From Eutreptiella sp. 'Long Island Sound 2002' (taxonomy: Eukaryota > Protista > Euglenida): DNA of 64,000 bases. The notes under the pieces are model-generated. The model worked only from the letters and a program-made list of their open reading frames with translations. It searched no databases and was not told where the DNA came from. The position numbers were made by a program, and so were the translations under genes. Position 1 is the first letter of the stretch. Each line of letters starts with the position of its first letter. Where the stretch lies: positions 197,532,001 to 197,596,000 of the forward strand of contig OZ038378.1 of the NCBI GenBank assembly GCA_964036045.1. Direction: 5' to 3'. Shown here one piece after another: positions 25,377 through 38,096 of the stretch.

Positions 25377-25860
25377 CTGTGCTTGGCCACATTTTCAAGT
25401 CCGCTAGTGCGTCTAGGTGGGTCCATTCGCCTCAAAAATTTTGAGGCAGCTACTATGAGTGTTACCTCACCCTCTCAACACTTCCTTCCCCATGGTGGGT
25501 TCCTATGCTTGGCCGCAAGTGAATGTACATAGGTAGATTGCATGGTGCTTGGATATGGTGGGTCCATTCAGCCCCAAATTTTTGGGGCTGCCACTATGAG
25601 TGTTACCTCACACTCAAAACACTTCTTATCCCATGGTGGGTTCCTATGCTTGACAACAATTTCAAGTCTGCCAGTGCATCCAGGTAGATTCCATAGTGCT
25701 TGGATATGGCGGGTCTACGAGCCCCAAAATTTTTGGGGCGGCCACTATGACTGTTACTTTACCATCTCAACACTTCTTGTCTCATGGTGGGTTCCTATGC
25801 TGGGCAACGATTTCAAGTCCGCTAGTGCATCTAGGTAGATAGCAGAGTGCCTTGATATGG
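20280..25860. repeat. ~150 bp satellite array: forward about 20280-23445, inverted about 23450-25860, with a unique island at about 21860-22760
   Basis: Consensus GGACTTGAAATTGTTGCCAAGCATAGGAACCCACCATGGGATAAGAAGTGTTGAGAGGGTGAGGTAACACTCATAGTAGCTGCCCC...CACTATGCAATCTACCTAGAC with spacing of about 143-157 bp. Reverse-complement units follow 23450. Confidence 0.9.
24075..24260. repeat. ACCGCCA/ACCACCA-type low-complexity microsatellite (copy at about 62700-62880)
   Basis: Direct inspection. Confidence 0.8.
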
Positions 25861-26570
25861 CAGGTCCATCGCCATGCCAATTTTGCTGTGTTTGGATGAG
25901 TCGCTTTTGTTGTTTCGCTCTGGTGTTGCATTGATTAGTTTCGCTTTTGTAGCGCTTTTGTTTTTCAACTTCATTCACGGATGTGATGCGATGCAAGCTG
26001 TTCCTCCACCTGCAAAACAAACGTATTCAAAAGCGAAAAACAAAAGCGAGATGACTGTCGAAATATCAACAAAACAAAAGGGGCGTTTTCCACCTGTGAC
26101 ACGAACAAACAGATTCGAAAGCGAAAAGCGAGACTCAAATGACTTCACAAAAACGACACAGAATGCACGTGTCTTTGCAACAAAACACAACAAAAGACCT
26201 TACATTCAAGTGCGACGCAAGTGGATTGTTGAGTGGTGATTGCAAGCGTGCAGGTTCATGTTTCCAATGCTGTGTTTGCATTGTTTTCGAATGCTTGTAG
26301 ACTGTCCTTTTTGTTTTCGAGTTCTGTTTTTGTATATTGCAGGTGCTTGTGCGTTCAGTTCACTTGCCGCTGGTTCCACTGCCGGTTCGGCAAACAACAA
26401 TTCCACCGAGGAGTTTTCCAGAGAGCAGCGTGTCTTTCTGCGGGTGTGTGGTCAGTACATGGAAGAAGAATGACAGTGATCCCCACTGTTTGCCTGTCCA
26501 CACAAGCAGTGTGTCGTGGTTGCTGAGTGGGGACCTCTTTTCAGACGCAGAGTGATCCAGCCAGGTTTTT

Positions 26571-26976
26571 CTGCTCATTTCTTCTGCAATGCAAAGTGCC
26601 ACCCACCTTCCTGTACATTGCTGCAGTGTCTGACAGCCATAGTCATCAACTCCTGGGACATTTGCATCCCATCACATCCGTTCCTGCATTGCATGCTCAT
26701 TTTCTGGAGATTTGGCAGTCTGCCCAGTCAGTCCCAAGTTCCAGATTCCTTGCTCAGATTTTGTTCACAGGGAGGTTTTTTCACGGTTTTTCCTGCTCAT
26801 TTCTTCTGCAGTGCATTGTGCCACCCACGTGCCTGTGCTGCAGTGTCTGCCAGCCATAGTGATCAACTCCTGAGAACCCTGCATTCAACACATCCGTTCC
26901 TGCATTATATGCTCATTTTTTGCAGCTTTTGCTGTCTGCCCAGTCAGTCCCAACGTTCAGATTCTTTGCTCAGACT
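26571..26976. repeat. Imperfect tandem duplication, 2 x about 190 bp at 222 bp offset
   Basis: CTGCTCATTTCTTCTGCA...CAGATTC(C/T)TTGCTCAGA at 26571 and 26793. Confidence 0.8.
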
Positions 26977-28649
26977 TTGGTTAGAGGCATTATTCGGCGC
27001 ACAAAGCCGAGTGGTATTGCCTCGTAGAGGTTGTTTTCAAGCACTACTCAGTGGGTGCACAATTTTGCCCATAATTTCATGCTCTAGTTTTGCTCTTTCC
27101 AAATATCTTCAGATGGCGGTCAACATGGATGGACCAAGGTGCGCACAGGGAGGGATGCTGGTTCGGTATTTGTTTGGCATGTCCAAAAATGGCATCAAAA
27201 AAAAGATTACCCCCTGCAGCCCCCCCTCATGCATGTGTCATGCATTGCATGCATCCCCCCCCCCCTCCCACCGTTTCTGCCATTTTTGCCTCCAGGCCCT
27301 ATCAAGGAAAGCTGAATGAATCAACACCGAGAATGAAGGCCCGCTAAGGGTGAGGGTCCAATAAGGACCAAAGAAGCAGGCATGAAGCTTTGGGTGTACA
27401 TTATTAGCACCCAAGGGGTTCACATATGATTTTTGTAGTTTGTGGCTTGTTGTTTTTGCATGCTTTGTTTTTTTTTTTTATAAGATATTGTATGTACAAC
27501 CTTGAATCGTCGTACAAACACCCATATGCCAAATTTTCACACTGTACAATGCACCACTTGCGAGGTAGATGCTATTCACTATTTTCACCTTGTACAATGC
27601 ACCACGTGCGAGATAGATGCTATTCACTAACCATTGCATGACAAGAAAATTTTTGTTGACAGGTTTCAGCTAGACCTGGGCACTCCATCCGTGGGAGCAT
27701 TATACAAGCCACGTGCCAAGTGGCATTGACGATGGCTGGTAGAGGCAGAGCCGGTACTGACGTCAGCTTTCGGGGATCTCGTTTGTGTTGTTATTAGGTT
27801 TTCTTTGCAAGTAGTATGTGGTCACTTTCCGCGCCATTGCATATTCCAGCAAGTACATGTAACATTTGGAGGCATGTAGATTTATTTTTTAAAATTTTCT
27901 TTATGTTCTGTTGATTTTTTTGCAATTCTTTTCCCAAAAATGTGTTGGTAGCAAGGCAAGTCAAGGGAAGCAAAGAAACATCACACAAGCATAAGGTCAT
28001 GGAAGGTTCATGGTAATCAAGGTTGTTCATGGTTGAAGTTAACAGCACGGTTTCATGGTATAAGGAGTATGGGTGTTGTTTTTGGCCCCGTTAGATGCAA
28101 TGTACTTTGCATACAACCATGCATAGGGAATGTTATGATGCATCTGCCCCCCTATTTTCCACCTAAGTAGATGTCACGTAAGTGGCCGTCACGAACCGGG
28201 TGCACACATGCACCCCCCATAGATGAGTGTGTTGGCCAATTGGGCAGTTGCGTTGGGTAAGTGTGGTGGCCACTTGGGGACCCAAAGTGGAAATCAGGGT
28301 AGATGCATAGGACACAGGGTGTCGTGTGTCAAAGCGGGGTCCTCCCCATATATGGATGAAAGGCCATGGGCTAAGACGAAACATAGCCATCCAGCCAGCC
28401 CTAAGTGGTACAATCAAGTTATCATTTCAATTTTTGCTGTCATAAAAGTGCGATGGGGTTGTTCATGCTATTTGACATTGAGCTTTTTCGTTTTGGATGT
28501 TTGGCACTCCAGCCACACAAACATACAATCTATGCATCACAACGTCACAAAATGTGCCCATTGCCACACCTATGTATGTGGAACCTTTGTGATCCTTAAC
28601 CCTGCTGCTATTTGATGGCTGGACTCATTAGATTTTCATTGAGCGCACC

Positions 28650-28930
28650 GTACAATGGTACATCATACTAGGTAGGACAAAAAGTTGAAAAAGTGGTATA
28701 TCATGCTAGGACAGCAAGCTGGCCGTGAAGATTGTGGTGGATCATGCTAGGGCAACAAGTTGAGATAGCGGTGTATCATGCTAGGAGAACAAGTTGCCCC
28801 GCACCATCATGGTGAATCACGCTAGGACAATAAGTTGTCTTGCACCATCATGGTACATCATGCTAGGGCACGCTAGGACAATAAGTTGTCTTGCACCATC
28901 ATGGTACATCATGCTAGGGCAACAAGTTCA
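28650..28930. repeat. Minisatellite, about 35-41 bp unit (CATCATGGTACATCATGCTAGG...AAGTT)
   Basis: CATGCTAGG/CACGCTAGG recurs about 7 times. Confidence 0.75.
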
Positions 28931-29514
28931 CCCCCAAGACTAATTGCCCATGTCATGAGCTAGACTAATTGAACTATAAGAAACATGACCACCCCCCGTC
29001 AACTTTGCTTGTCATCTAGTCCAATAATTCTTTTGACCCTTAGTCCACGCATACGTCAAAGCACAATATACAGTGCACGGCAATCAAGTGACCGTAATCA
29101 CCGTATATGGAGAACTCGGACATCACCAGCTCCACTCCAGACACCAAAGACAGTCGGATCACAGGAGAATGAATCAATCGCGAACGAATCAATGGTGAAC
29201 ATATCTATGGTGGCCAAATCACGAGTGAACGGATCAACCGTGAACAAATCAATAGAGATTGAATCAATGGTGAACAAATCACTCAAACCCACAACACTAC
29301 CTCCTCTCAAAAACCCTCAAAAGAAGGCAAAAGCGGCGGGCAAGCCACCCCGAGGCTACCAAAAGGAGCCATGCCGAGGTAATGGGGCCGGCGGTGGGTA
29401 TGTGTAGTCCTAATAAGGGCATGACACACACATAGAGTCATGCCGCCAACATGAGGTGACTGCTATACTCCCTAGGGAAACACCCCCCCGAATATACACT
29501 GCCCGGCCAATACC

Positions 29515-29614
29515 AATACCAATACACACACGCGCGCGCGCGCAGACATATGCACAGACACAGACACAGACATAGACACAGACGCAGACACACACACACA
29601 CACACACACACACT
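29515..29614. repeat. Interrupted (CA)n microsatellite
   Basis: Direct inspection. Confidence 0.9.
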
Positions 29615-30819
29615 ACGTGAAGGAGACCAAGAAACTTGAACCCACTGTGGATAGCGGGCAAACAGGGCACTTGTCAAAAGAGCTCGTCAGGCCAAAAAAG
29701 AAAAAAGTGTCATCGAGGCTAGGCGCCTTTCTGAGGGACAGCAAGAACGGGGATGGCAGTGTTCTTCCACCTCTGCAGAGTCATATCAGCCCCCTTGTAG
29801 TCTTGTTGCCCCTAGCTCTAAGGAGAGGAGGAAGTTGTATACCTTGCAGCATTGCTTACATGCTCCTAGTCCAGTCATCAAGTGCAACTTCAACCACGGC
29901 AGGACCTCAACCCCAAACTGACACCATTCCAAGGCAAACCAGTTCCATGGGCCCATACCCACACCCTTCAGCCGGACTGCATGCAACCACAGCTGCACAC
30001 AATGTGCAACACACGGGTAAACGCAATGCAGAGATCGATTGGTGGCATATCCCAAACACAAAGCACGTCGGTGACAGCTGACCAATCGGTAACATTTGCC
30101 CATGTCCACAGCACCAATCCAATATCTCATGCCATACAATCACCACACAACACATCAGTGATGGCAAATGAATTAGTACCACCATTAACAAATCCGCGGA
30201 ATACGGAACCACAGAGAATCCCGAACACAGCGCAGCATGGTGAATTCCCTCTGCACCGTATTGCTGGTATCCCTGTTGCGCGCAACTGTGGTGCATAGTT
30301 TTCGGCACTTGTATTTCTGTTTTGTTGTGTCAGACATATCCTGTCTGGGGCGATGTGTGGGGCGTGATTGTCTCTCACCAGACTGAATATCTCTTTCAAC
30401 AACTGCAACGGAGATTTTGTTTGAGTTGGTGCCCCCATCATTGGCGCCGAAGACAGGCTAGTCACTAGGACTACGATGTGCACATGCCGGCATGCAAAGG
30501 CGATGTCAACCATATCCACAGGAGCACGGTGCAGCAAGAGCCTGAACACAGGCACTGAGGTCAGGCACGCCGCATGTCCCAGCGGCCGTACGAGCGGGTA
30601 CCTGCACCTGCATAGTAGAGCGCACCCCTGCAGTAGGTACGTACCTGCGCTCGCCTGCATACGCGTGCCAGCGCACCATTTACAGCTTCAGATCCGCCAG
30701 AAGGTCCGCCAGATGCAGAATTCATTCCAAAACCTGCAATTCCTTCCGTTCCATGGTGATGATGTTGAAGTGAAAATGGATATCCAGATTACTCCATTCA
30801 TTCGTCTGGTACAGGTGCC

Positions 30820-33215
30820 CTTGAGTTTTTTGGCTTCAGCCAAGCAGTTGAAGATGTCCCCCCTATTTTGAGGGTGCTGGATGCGAAAAGGCATGTTGTA
30901 GGCAGACCCAGATCACGAAAAGACAATTTACAGCATCCGTATGCACCAAAAGTTGCCATTTTTCACTAAAAAAAACGGCCAAAAATGGCCGTTTTTTTGG
31001 TCAAAAATTGATTTTTTTGGCTTCAGCCAAGCAGTTGAAGACCCCCCCCCCCTATTGTGAGGGTGCTGGATGCAAAGAAGCATGTTGTAGGCAGACACAG
31101 GTCACGAAAACACAATATACAGCATCCGTATGCACCAAAATTTGCCATGTTTCATGCAAAAACGGCCAAACATGGCCCTTTTTTGGTCAATATTTGAGTT
31201 TTTTCGCTTCAGACAAGCAGTTGAAGACCCCTCCCCCTATTTTGAGGGTGCTGGATGCGAAAAAACTGGTGGTAGAGGCATATAGATCACGAAAACACAA
31301 TTTAAAGCATCCGTATGCACCAAAATTTGCCATTTTTCATGAAATAACGGCCAAAAATGGCCGTTTTTTGGTCAAAAACTGAGTTTTTTGGCTTCAGATA
31401 AGCAGTTGAAGAACCCGCCCCGATTTTGACGGTGTTGGATGCGAGAAAGCAGGTTGTAGAGGCAGACAGATCACGAAAAATCCATTTAAAGCATGCGTAT
31501 GCACCAAAATTTGCCATTTTTCATGAAAAAACGGCCAAAAATGGCCGGGTTTTTTGGTCAAAAATTGAGTTTTTTGGCCTCAGACAAGCAGTTGAAGAAC
31601 CCCCCCCTATTTTGAGGGTGCTGGATGCGAAGAAGCAGGTTGTAGAGGCACACAGATCATGAAAACTCCATCTACAGCATCCGTATGTACCAAAATTTGC
31701 CATTTTTCCATGAAAAAATGGCCAAAAATGGCCGCTTTTTGGTCCAAAATGGAGTTTTTTTGGCCTCAGACAAGCAGTTGTAGACTACCCCCCCCTGTTT
31801 TGAGGGTGGTGGACTCAACAAAACGTGCTCTGCAACGTTTTGGAGCAAGTTATCGAGTGTTTCGGAGCCGCCTTAACCAAATAACCGCATGTTTTGCCCA
31901 AAAATGGCCAAAAAAGCCATTTTTTTTGGCCTGAAACAGTGTTTTTGGGGCCTGAGTGGTCAGTAGTAGGGCCCCATATCCTATTTTGAGGGTGCCGGAC
32001 TCAAAAAAACGTGTTTTGCAAGGTTTTGGAGCATTTTATCGATTGTTTTTGAGCCACCATCACCAAAAAACCGCTTTTTTTGGCCTAAAACAGTGTTTTT
32101 GGGGCCTGAGTGGTCAGTTGTAGGGCCCCATACACTATTTTGAGGGTGCTGGACCCAAAAGAAAGTGTTTCGGAAGGTTTTGGAGGATATGCTCGAGGGT
32201 TTCAGGGACGCCATAACCAGAAAACCACTTTTTTGGCCAAAAGTGGCCAAAAAATGCCATTTTTTGGCCTAAAACAGTGTTTTTGGGGCCTGAGTGGTCA
32301 GATATAGGGCCCCATACCCTATTTTCAGGGTGCTGGACTCAAAAAAGCGTTTTTTTCAGGGGTTTTAGGCAGATGATCAACGATTTGGGAGCCACCATCA
32401 CCAACAACCCACATTTTTTTGTCCAAAAATGCCAATTTTTTTTTGCCTAAAACAGCATTTTTGGGGCATGAGTGGTCAGTTGTAGGGTCAAAAAAATGAG
32501 TAAATGAGGGTTTCGAAAATGTTTTCATGAGGACCCCCCCTATTTTGGGGGCGCTGAATCCAAACAACATGCCGTTAGAGTCCAAGGATTTGCTTTTTGG
32601 GTACTTTTTGAGTAAAGGTGTATGCAGGTAGTTAGTGCCACGTCTGGTGAAATCTGGTAACCCCCCCCCCCCCCGGGGGCCATTTTTGGGGAAAATGGGT
32701 AAATCAGGGTTTTGAAAATGTTTTCATGAGGACCCCTCCTATTTTGGGGGCGTTGAATCCAAAAAACATGCCGTTAGAGTCCAAAGATTTGCTCTTTGGG
32801 TACTTTTTGAGTAAAGGTGTATGCAGGTAGTTAGTGCCACGTCTTGTGAAATCTGGTAACCCCCCCCCCCCCGGGGGGCCATTTTTGGGGAAAATGGGTA
32901 AGTGAGGGTTTTGGAAATGTTTTAATGAGGACCCCCCCTATTTTGGGGGCGCTGAGTCGAAAAAACATGCCGTTAGAGTCCAAAGATTTGCTCTTTGGGT
33001 ACTTTTTGAGTAAAGGTGTATGCAGGTAGTTAGTGCCACATCTGGTGAAATCTGGTAACCCCCCCCCCTGGGGGGGCTTTTTTTGAAAAAAATGGGTAAA
33101 TGAGGGTTTTGGAAATGTTTTCATGAGGAACCCCCCTATTTTGGGGGCGCTGAATCCAAAAAACATGCCGTTGGAGTCCAAGTAATAGGTTTTTGGGTAC
33201 TTTTTGAGTAAAGTG
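30820..33215. repeat. Composite tandem array: about 5 x 186 bp, then 4 x 155-185 bp, then about 3.5 x 199 bp units, all sharing a CCCTATTTTG(A/G)GGG core
   Basis: Unit anchors at 30834/31021/31207/31392/31578/31764; 31934/32088/32272/32449; 32568/32767/32966/33164. Confidence 0.85.
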
Positions 33216-33239
33216 AGGTTTTGGCCCGTAAAATCATAG

Positions 33240-36200
33240 GTGCAGGGAAGCGGCGCCGTACCTGAACAAGGTGCGGGCCACGTACCCGGTTGGAGTCACC
33301 GAACTGGACGCGGCACTCCACCTTCTACATCCATCCCACGAGGACTTGAAAGTGGGTGAAGTCACGGTATTCGTTGAAGGCGTGGGGGAGACGCCCACCC
33401 GCCCCCGCCCAACCAACCCGGTGTACGACGGCACCAGGCCGATCCCCCAATAAGCCGTCGTGTGCGAGGGATTCCCCAGAGAGCCCACCTGGTGTCCCAC
33501 CCTCCCGCCGGCCACACACGCGCCCCGCGGCTGGACCAGCCCGCACATGTCCCCCCCCATCTCGAGGACCAGGGGTGCCTACCACAGAGGGCATGTCCTC
33601 TGGCAAGAGGGCCCGGGCATCCGCCTGCTCCTCCCCCTCGTCACGACCCGCGGGGACCCGGAGCGGGTCCTGGGGGTCGACCCCTCCCACCTCTACGGGG
33701 CAGCGCCGGTGCCCGGCCCCCCCCTCCCGGCGCCAGAGGCGCGGGACGGGGTGCACGCTTTCCTGCGAACACAGGGGGTCAGCGCCGTTATGGGGGTCCA
33801 CCTTGTGCTGCTCCCCCCGGCATCGCTCGATGGCCCCCGGGGGCCCAGGGCCCTGAGCCCCACAACAGACTAGGAGCTGTGGCGCGACGTGTCGGCCGCG
33901 TGGCTCGCCGGCCTCCCGCCCCAGTGCCGGTGGATGACCACCAACCCCTGCTGAAACAGAACCAGCACAACCGCCAGCCCCCCCCTTTCATCCCCCCCTC
34001 CCCCCCGCGCAGCACTACACGGCACTGCCCACGGCACGCCACTGATAGGAGGTAGCGGTGCGGACACGCCTGCGACCACGCATGCCTACCAGGATCACAG
34101 GGATGTCGGACTCCGATGGCTCCCCCCAGCGGGACGACAGCCACCACTGCCGGTCCCGCTCCCGTTCCCCTGTTTCCGCGGGATACGTGGGGGAGACCGT
34201 CGCGGAGCGCGAGGAGCGGCGGCTGGCGGGGGCCGCAGTGCCGGTCAGGCCGCCGGTTCAGCAGCCCCGGGCGGCCCCCGCCGACCCCGAGCCGCCGGCC
34301 CAGGAGCCCGTGCCGGCCGAGGAGGCCGCCCCTGCCGCTCAGGCCGCGGCCCCTGCCGCCCCGCCCCCGGAGGAGGCCCCAGGTGCACAAGGAGCTGAGA
34401 CTGCGGCGCCGGCACGTCGCCGGCGCGGGTGACAGGGCGCGCGCGGGCCCCGAGCGCCTCGCCGAGAGCCGCCGCAGCCGCAGCGGAGCGAAGGGAGGGC
34501 GCCACAGTACCGTGCCCACACCAAGCCCAGCCACACCAACACCAGCCCCCCCAAGCCGTACCCGCCCAAGGCCGCCTTCCCCAAGGGGAGGCCGCGGCCC
34601 GTTGGCCCCCCGGCGCCTACGCGTACGCCGCCGGGCATCACACTGCCGCAGCTGCAGCGGCAGCAAGACGCCCGGCGCGTGATCCAGGAGGGGGGCCACG
34701 GCGCCGGGCGGGGCAGGGTACCAGCCACGGGAGCGCAGAGCGAGGGGCGGGAGGCGACAGGGGGAGCACCCAGGGACGGACGCAGGGGACGGGGCAGGGC
34801 GCACACGGCAAGGAGAGAGGGCAAGGGCACGGACACGGCACCAAGGCCAGCGGCAGCGGGGGAGAACAGGCACACAGGGCAGGCCAGAGTGCGAGCAGCG
34901 GACGACGGGACGCAGGACACAGCGGGGAAAGGGCAAGGGGACGGGAAGGATGCGGGCGCGAGCAGCAGCGCCACGGGACGGGCGCAATGACATGTGCAGG
35001 GCGCCACGGCTGGCGGCGTCAGGGCGCACGGGGCTGGCCAGGGCGCGGTCAGCGGACGAGGATACAGCCAGGGACACGGGCAAGGACGCGGGAAGGGCAG
35101 GGGCGTCAGCGGAATGGGCAAGGGCATGGGTGACAGAGGTCGGGACCGGCGGCACATGCCAGAAGGCAAAGCTGAGGGAGTGCGCCCGAGCCAGGGGCTA
35201 GGGGCCGGGACGGGACCCAGGGGCAAGGTGGGGAAGGGTGACATAGGCCCCCGGGGACAGGCAGGGCGGGGCGTGGGGGCAAGGGGGGACGGGCAGGGCG
35301 TAGGGCGAGGGACCGGGAGCGGGGCGCCCCCGCAACCGGACGTCCAGCCGGTGCGGTGCATACCCCCCGGTATCCAACAGATGCCGGCGCACCCCATCCA
35401 CTACCACCACCACCACCACGCCCACCTCTACAACATCGACCCCGACGCGGGGGACCTAGTCCTCCCCCAACCCCCCCGACCCCCCTACCAGCCGGCCCTC
35501 CAGCCGCACTGCGGCGCCCCGCGCGGCCCCTCTCCCGCGGCACGAAGGCCGAGGGCGGAGCCGGCGCGGATGGCTGCTGCCCTGGCGGCGCGGGGGTTTG
35601 GCACGGCGCAGGCGCCACAGGCGCAGGAGCCGCAGGAAGAGCCGGCACGGGGGGCAGAGGGGACCCGGGGCCATTGGGCCCGGGACTGGGACGCGATCCG
35701 GGACCCCCTGGTCGTTGAGGTGTATGAGTGGCTGAGCTGGGCCACCTCGGGGACCACCAGGGGGTTGAGGAACTGGCAGTTCGATTCCGTGCTCCTCCGG
35801 AGGGACTGGGGGAACCGGAAGGTGCCCCCCAGGGGGTGGATGGCCCAGGAGGACCACGAAAGGGTCCTCTGAGCTGTGATTCGGGTGGGGAGCCGACCCG
35901 ACCGGCTTTCTTGGAGGGGGGTGCGGTGCTCCGCGTCACAGATGCAGAGGCCAACAACTGGCCCCTCCGGGCCCTGCACACCGCCCTCACCCAGTGGTGC
36001 TACCGCCGGAGGAACCCGCCGCCGCCGGAGCCCCAGCCCCCACACAAGCAGCGGCTATGGTCCCGGGCGGCGGGCATAGGGGGGGGGGGAGAGGACAAGC
36101 GGCGCGGGACACCCCACCGGCAGACCCGGGCCCCTTGACCCAGAGCTCTCCCCCACCCCCCCCTGCGGTTCGCACAGCGGGAGGTTGTGCGCCGCCCCCG

Positions 36201-36555
36201 GTAGGGGAGAGGATGGGAGACACAAACACGCCGACGCGCGCAACGCGGGGATCCCACTGACCCGCAGACCGGTAACCAAGAACTGTGCATATCATCTGGG
36301 CGAAGGCAGCCAGGGGTGTCTGGGGCTTGGTACATGTCTTCACCCACAAGCTGTTTTTCACAAGGGACATCATGGATGATGATGCAGTCCCCAAGCATTT
36401 TAGCGTCCCAGAACCCAAGCCTAAGCCTAAGCCGAAGCCAGCTCCAAAGGCAACCGCAACACCGAAGCCTGGCCCCAAGGGGCAGCACAGACAGGAATAC
36501 AGGATGGTGCATCACAGGAAGAAGGGTTTCGCACCTCAGCCAGTTGAACAGTAGA
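33240..36555 (+). pseudogene. Decayed GC-rich ORF (gag/ORF1-like), with a frameshifted CCCH zinc finger near the end
   Basis: Frame 33271 continues through TAA 33451 and TAG 33871 with protein-like text. Pro/Ala and GKG-rich segments occur in shifting frames. The C-terminal segment reads CAYHLGEGSQGCLGLGTC-(frameshift)-FTH. No catalytic domain recognised. Confidence 0.45.
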
Positions 36556-36758
36556 TCATCCCATGGACGTTGGAAGGCACGCTACAGCCCAGTCAGCTGA
36601 GATTCACTCCTTTGGTGTTCATTTGTCAACGTGGTTAACTGTTGCAAAGGAGCCTTTGCTTGGTAGCTCTGGTTTTTGATTTGGTTTGCTACATTCGATG
36701 CTTGGTAGTGTAAGTGCTGTGTGGCTTGGGTGCATTCGTATTTGGTGTCTTGGTGGTT

Positions 36759-38096
36759 GACTTGACCAAATGGTGGACCACGTTCCGAATGGCTACCTCA
36801 AAGCAAGATGCTGGGTTTTATCATGAGGCATTTCTCAAGTTCCTCGACTTGACAAAGGAGACCGACCCGAATTTCAATCCTTTGCAGTGGCTAACAGTGG
36901 TCATGGATTTTTCGCAGGCCCAGCTCAAGGGACTGAAGTCCGCTCAGAAAGAGTACCTAAAGAAGCAAAACATTGAGTTGTCCGATGATGAGTTTGAAGC
37001 CTTTGTGGTCCGGGTGTTCCAAGGATGCCTACTTCACTTCCTGCGATGTGTGGAGGAGTGGTCCAACAAGATAGACAGCGAGATTGCCTCTGCAATGTTC
37101 AAAGAACGATGCAGGGCCATTCCTTCCATGTCAAAGGAGGCACGTGCGGAGATGTGGGATTGGCTGACAAAGCATTACAAAGCCCTTGAGGGTTTCATAA
37201 AGTTCTGGCGTGCACCGGAGGTGGATGTGTTGCTTTGTCATTTGCATCAAGGGAAGACGTTTGCGGACTGGGTAGCTAGCACGCGGGATAGCAATGCGGT
37301 GGAGAGCAGTCATCGACCAGTGAAGGCGAAGGGCAAAAGCTTGGTTGACAAGTACCGTATTGTCACGGAAACTGATGCCCTAGTTGGTTTGCAGAGGCAA
37401 AACGTGGAACGGTACTCTGACACAGTAGCGGATAGGTTTTGGGTATTGCGGACAAGACAGAAGGCTCCGGCCAAGGAACGACAACCAAGGGGCGACCGCT
37501 ATGTCAACGATGGGAAACCTAAGAAAGGTACCAAGAGAAAGGGCACAAGTGCCGAGGCAAAACCTCGTTCCAAGAAGGTGCGGTTCAACGAGGAACCCGC
37601 AGAGTTGCATGAGTACTCGCAACCGTCACAAACTCAAAACACACCTGGAACTCAAAGCACACCCGACGTCATTCCTTCGGAAGATGATGATATGGCCTTG
37701 ACGCAGAATCCATGTGGTGCTGCAGAGACTCGACAAGTCACATTGAAGCATGTAAAGGATTCACCTCCCGCCCTCAACAGCATTATGGCAACGTATACCA
37801 CCGACAAGTCCAAAGTTTGGTTTGCCTTTGCACGCGAAGAGATGAAGAGCGGCTGGAAGGTTGATTGGGTGGAAAAAATTGAGGGACTTGACGTGCATTA
37901 TCGGGTTGACAAGCTGGCACGTGACAAGCGTGACAAGGTGGAAATGGAGTGTATCGCTGTGACACAAGTCCCATTTTCCTGTGAGTGTGGTTTCCGGAAC
38001 GTAACGGTGCAGACATGCCAGTGTAGAGTGGTGCAAATCACCAAGGACCACCTAAAGTCTTGCATCAGTTTGGCGAAGAAGCATAACAAGAAGTGA
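36759..38096 (+). pseudogene. 5'-truncated copy of the MULE transposase (lacks the first catalytic Asp and all upstream domains)
   Basis: Matches 14091-15428 except for a few substitutions (DALL to DVLL, TTDV to TPDV, one synonymous change seen). No ATG-initiated homologous N-terminus. Confidence 0.9.

Noticed and set aside
20280-25860. Many 60-210 aa ORFs in the satellite, and their copies at 58580-64000
   Set aside because: They are translations of the ~150 bp repeat unit.
27425-33238. TATGATTTT/AAAATCATA as the TIRs of a 5.8 kb element
   Set aside because: A 9 bp AT-rich match without a TSD, which is within chance.
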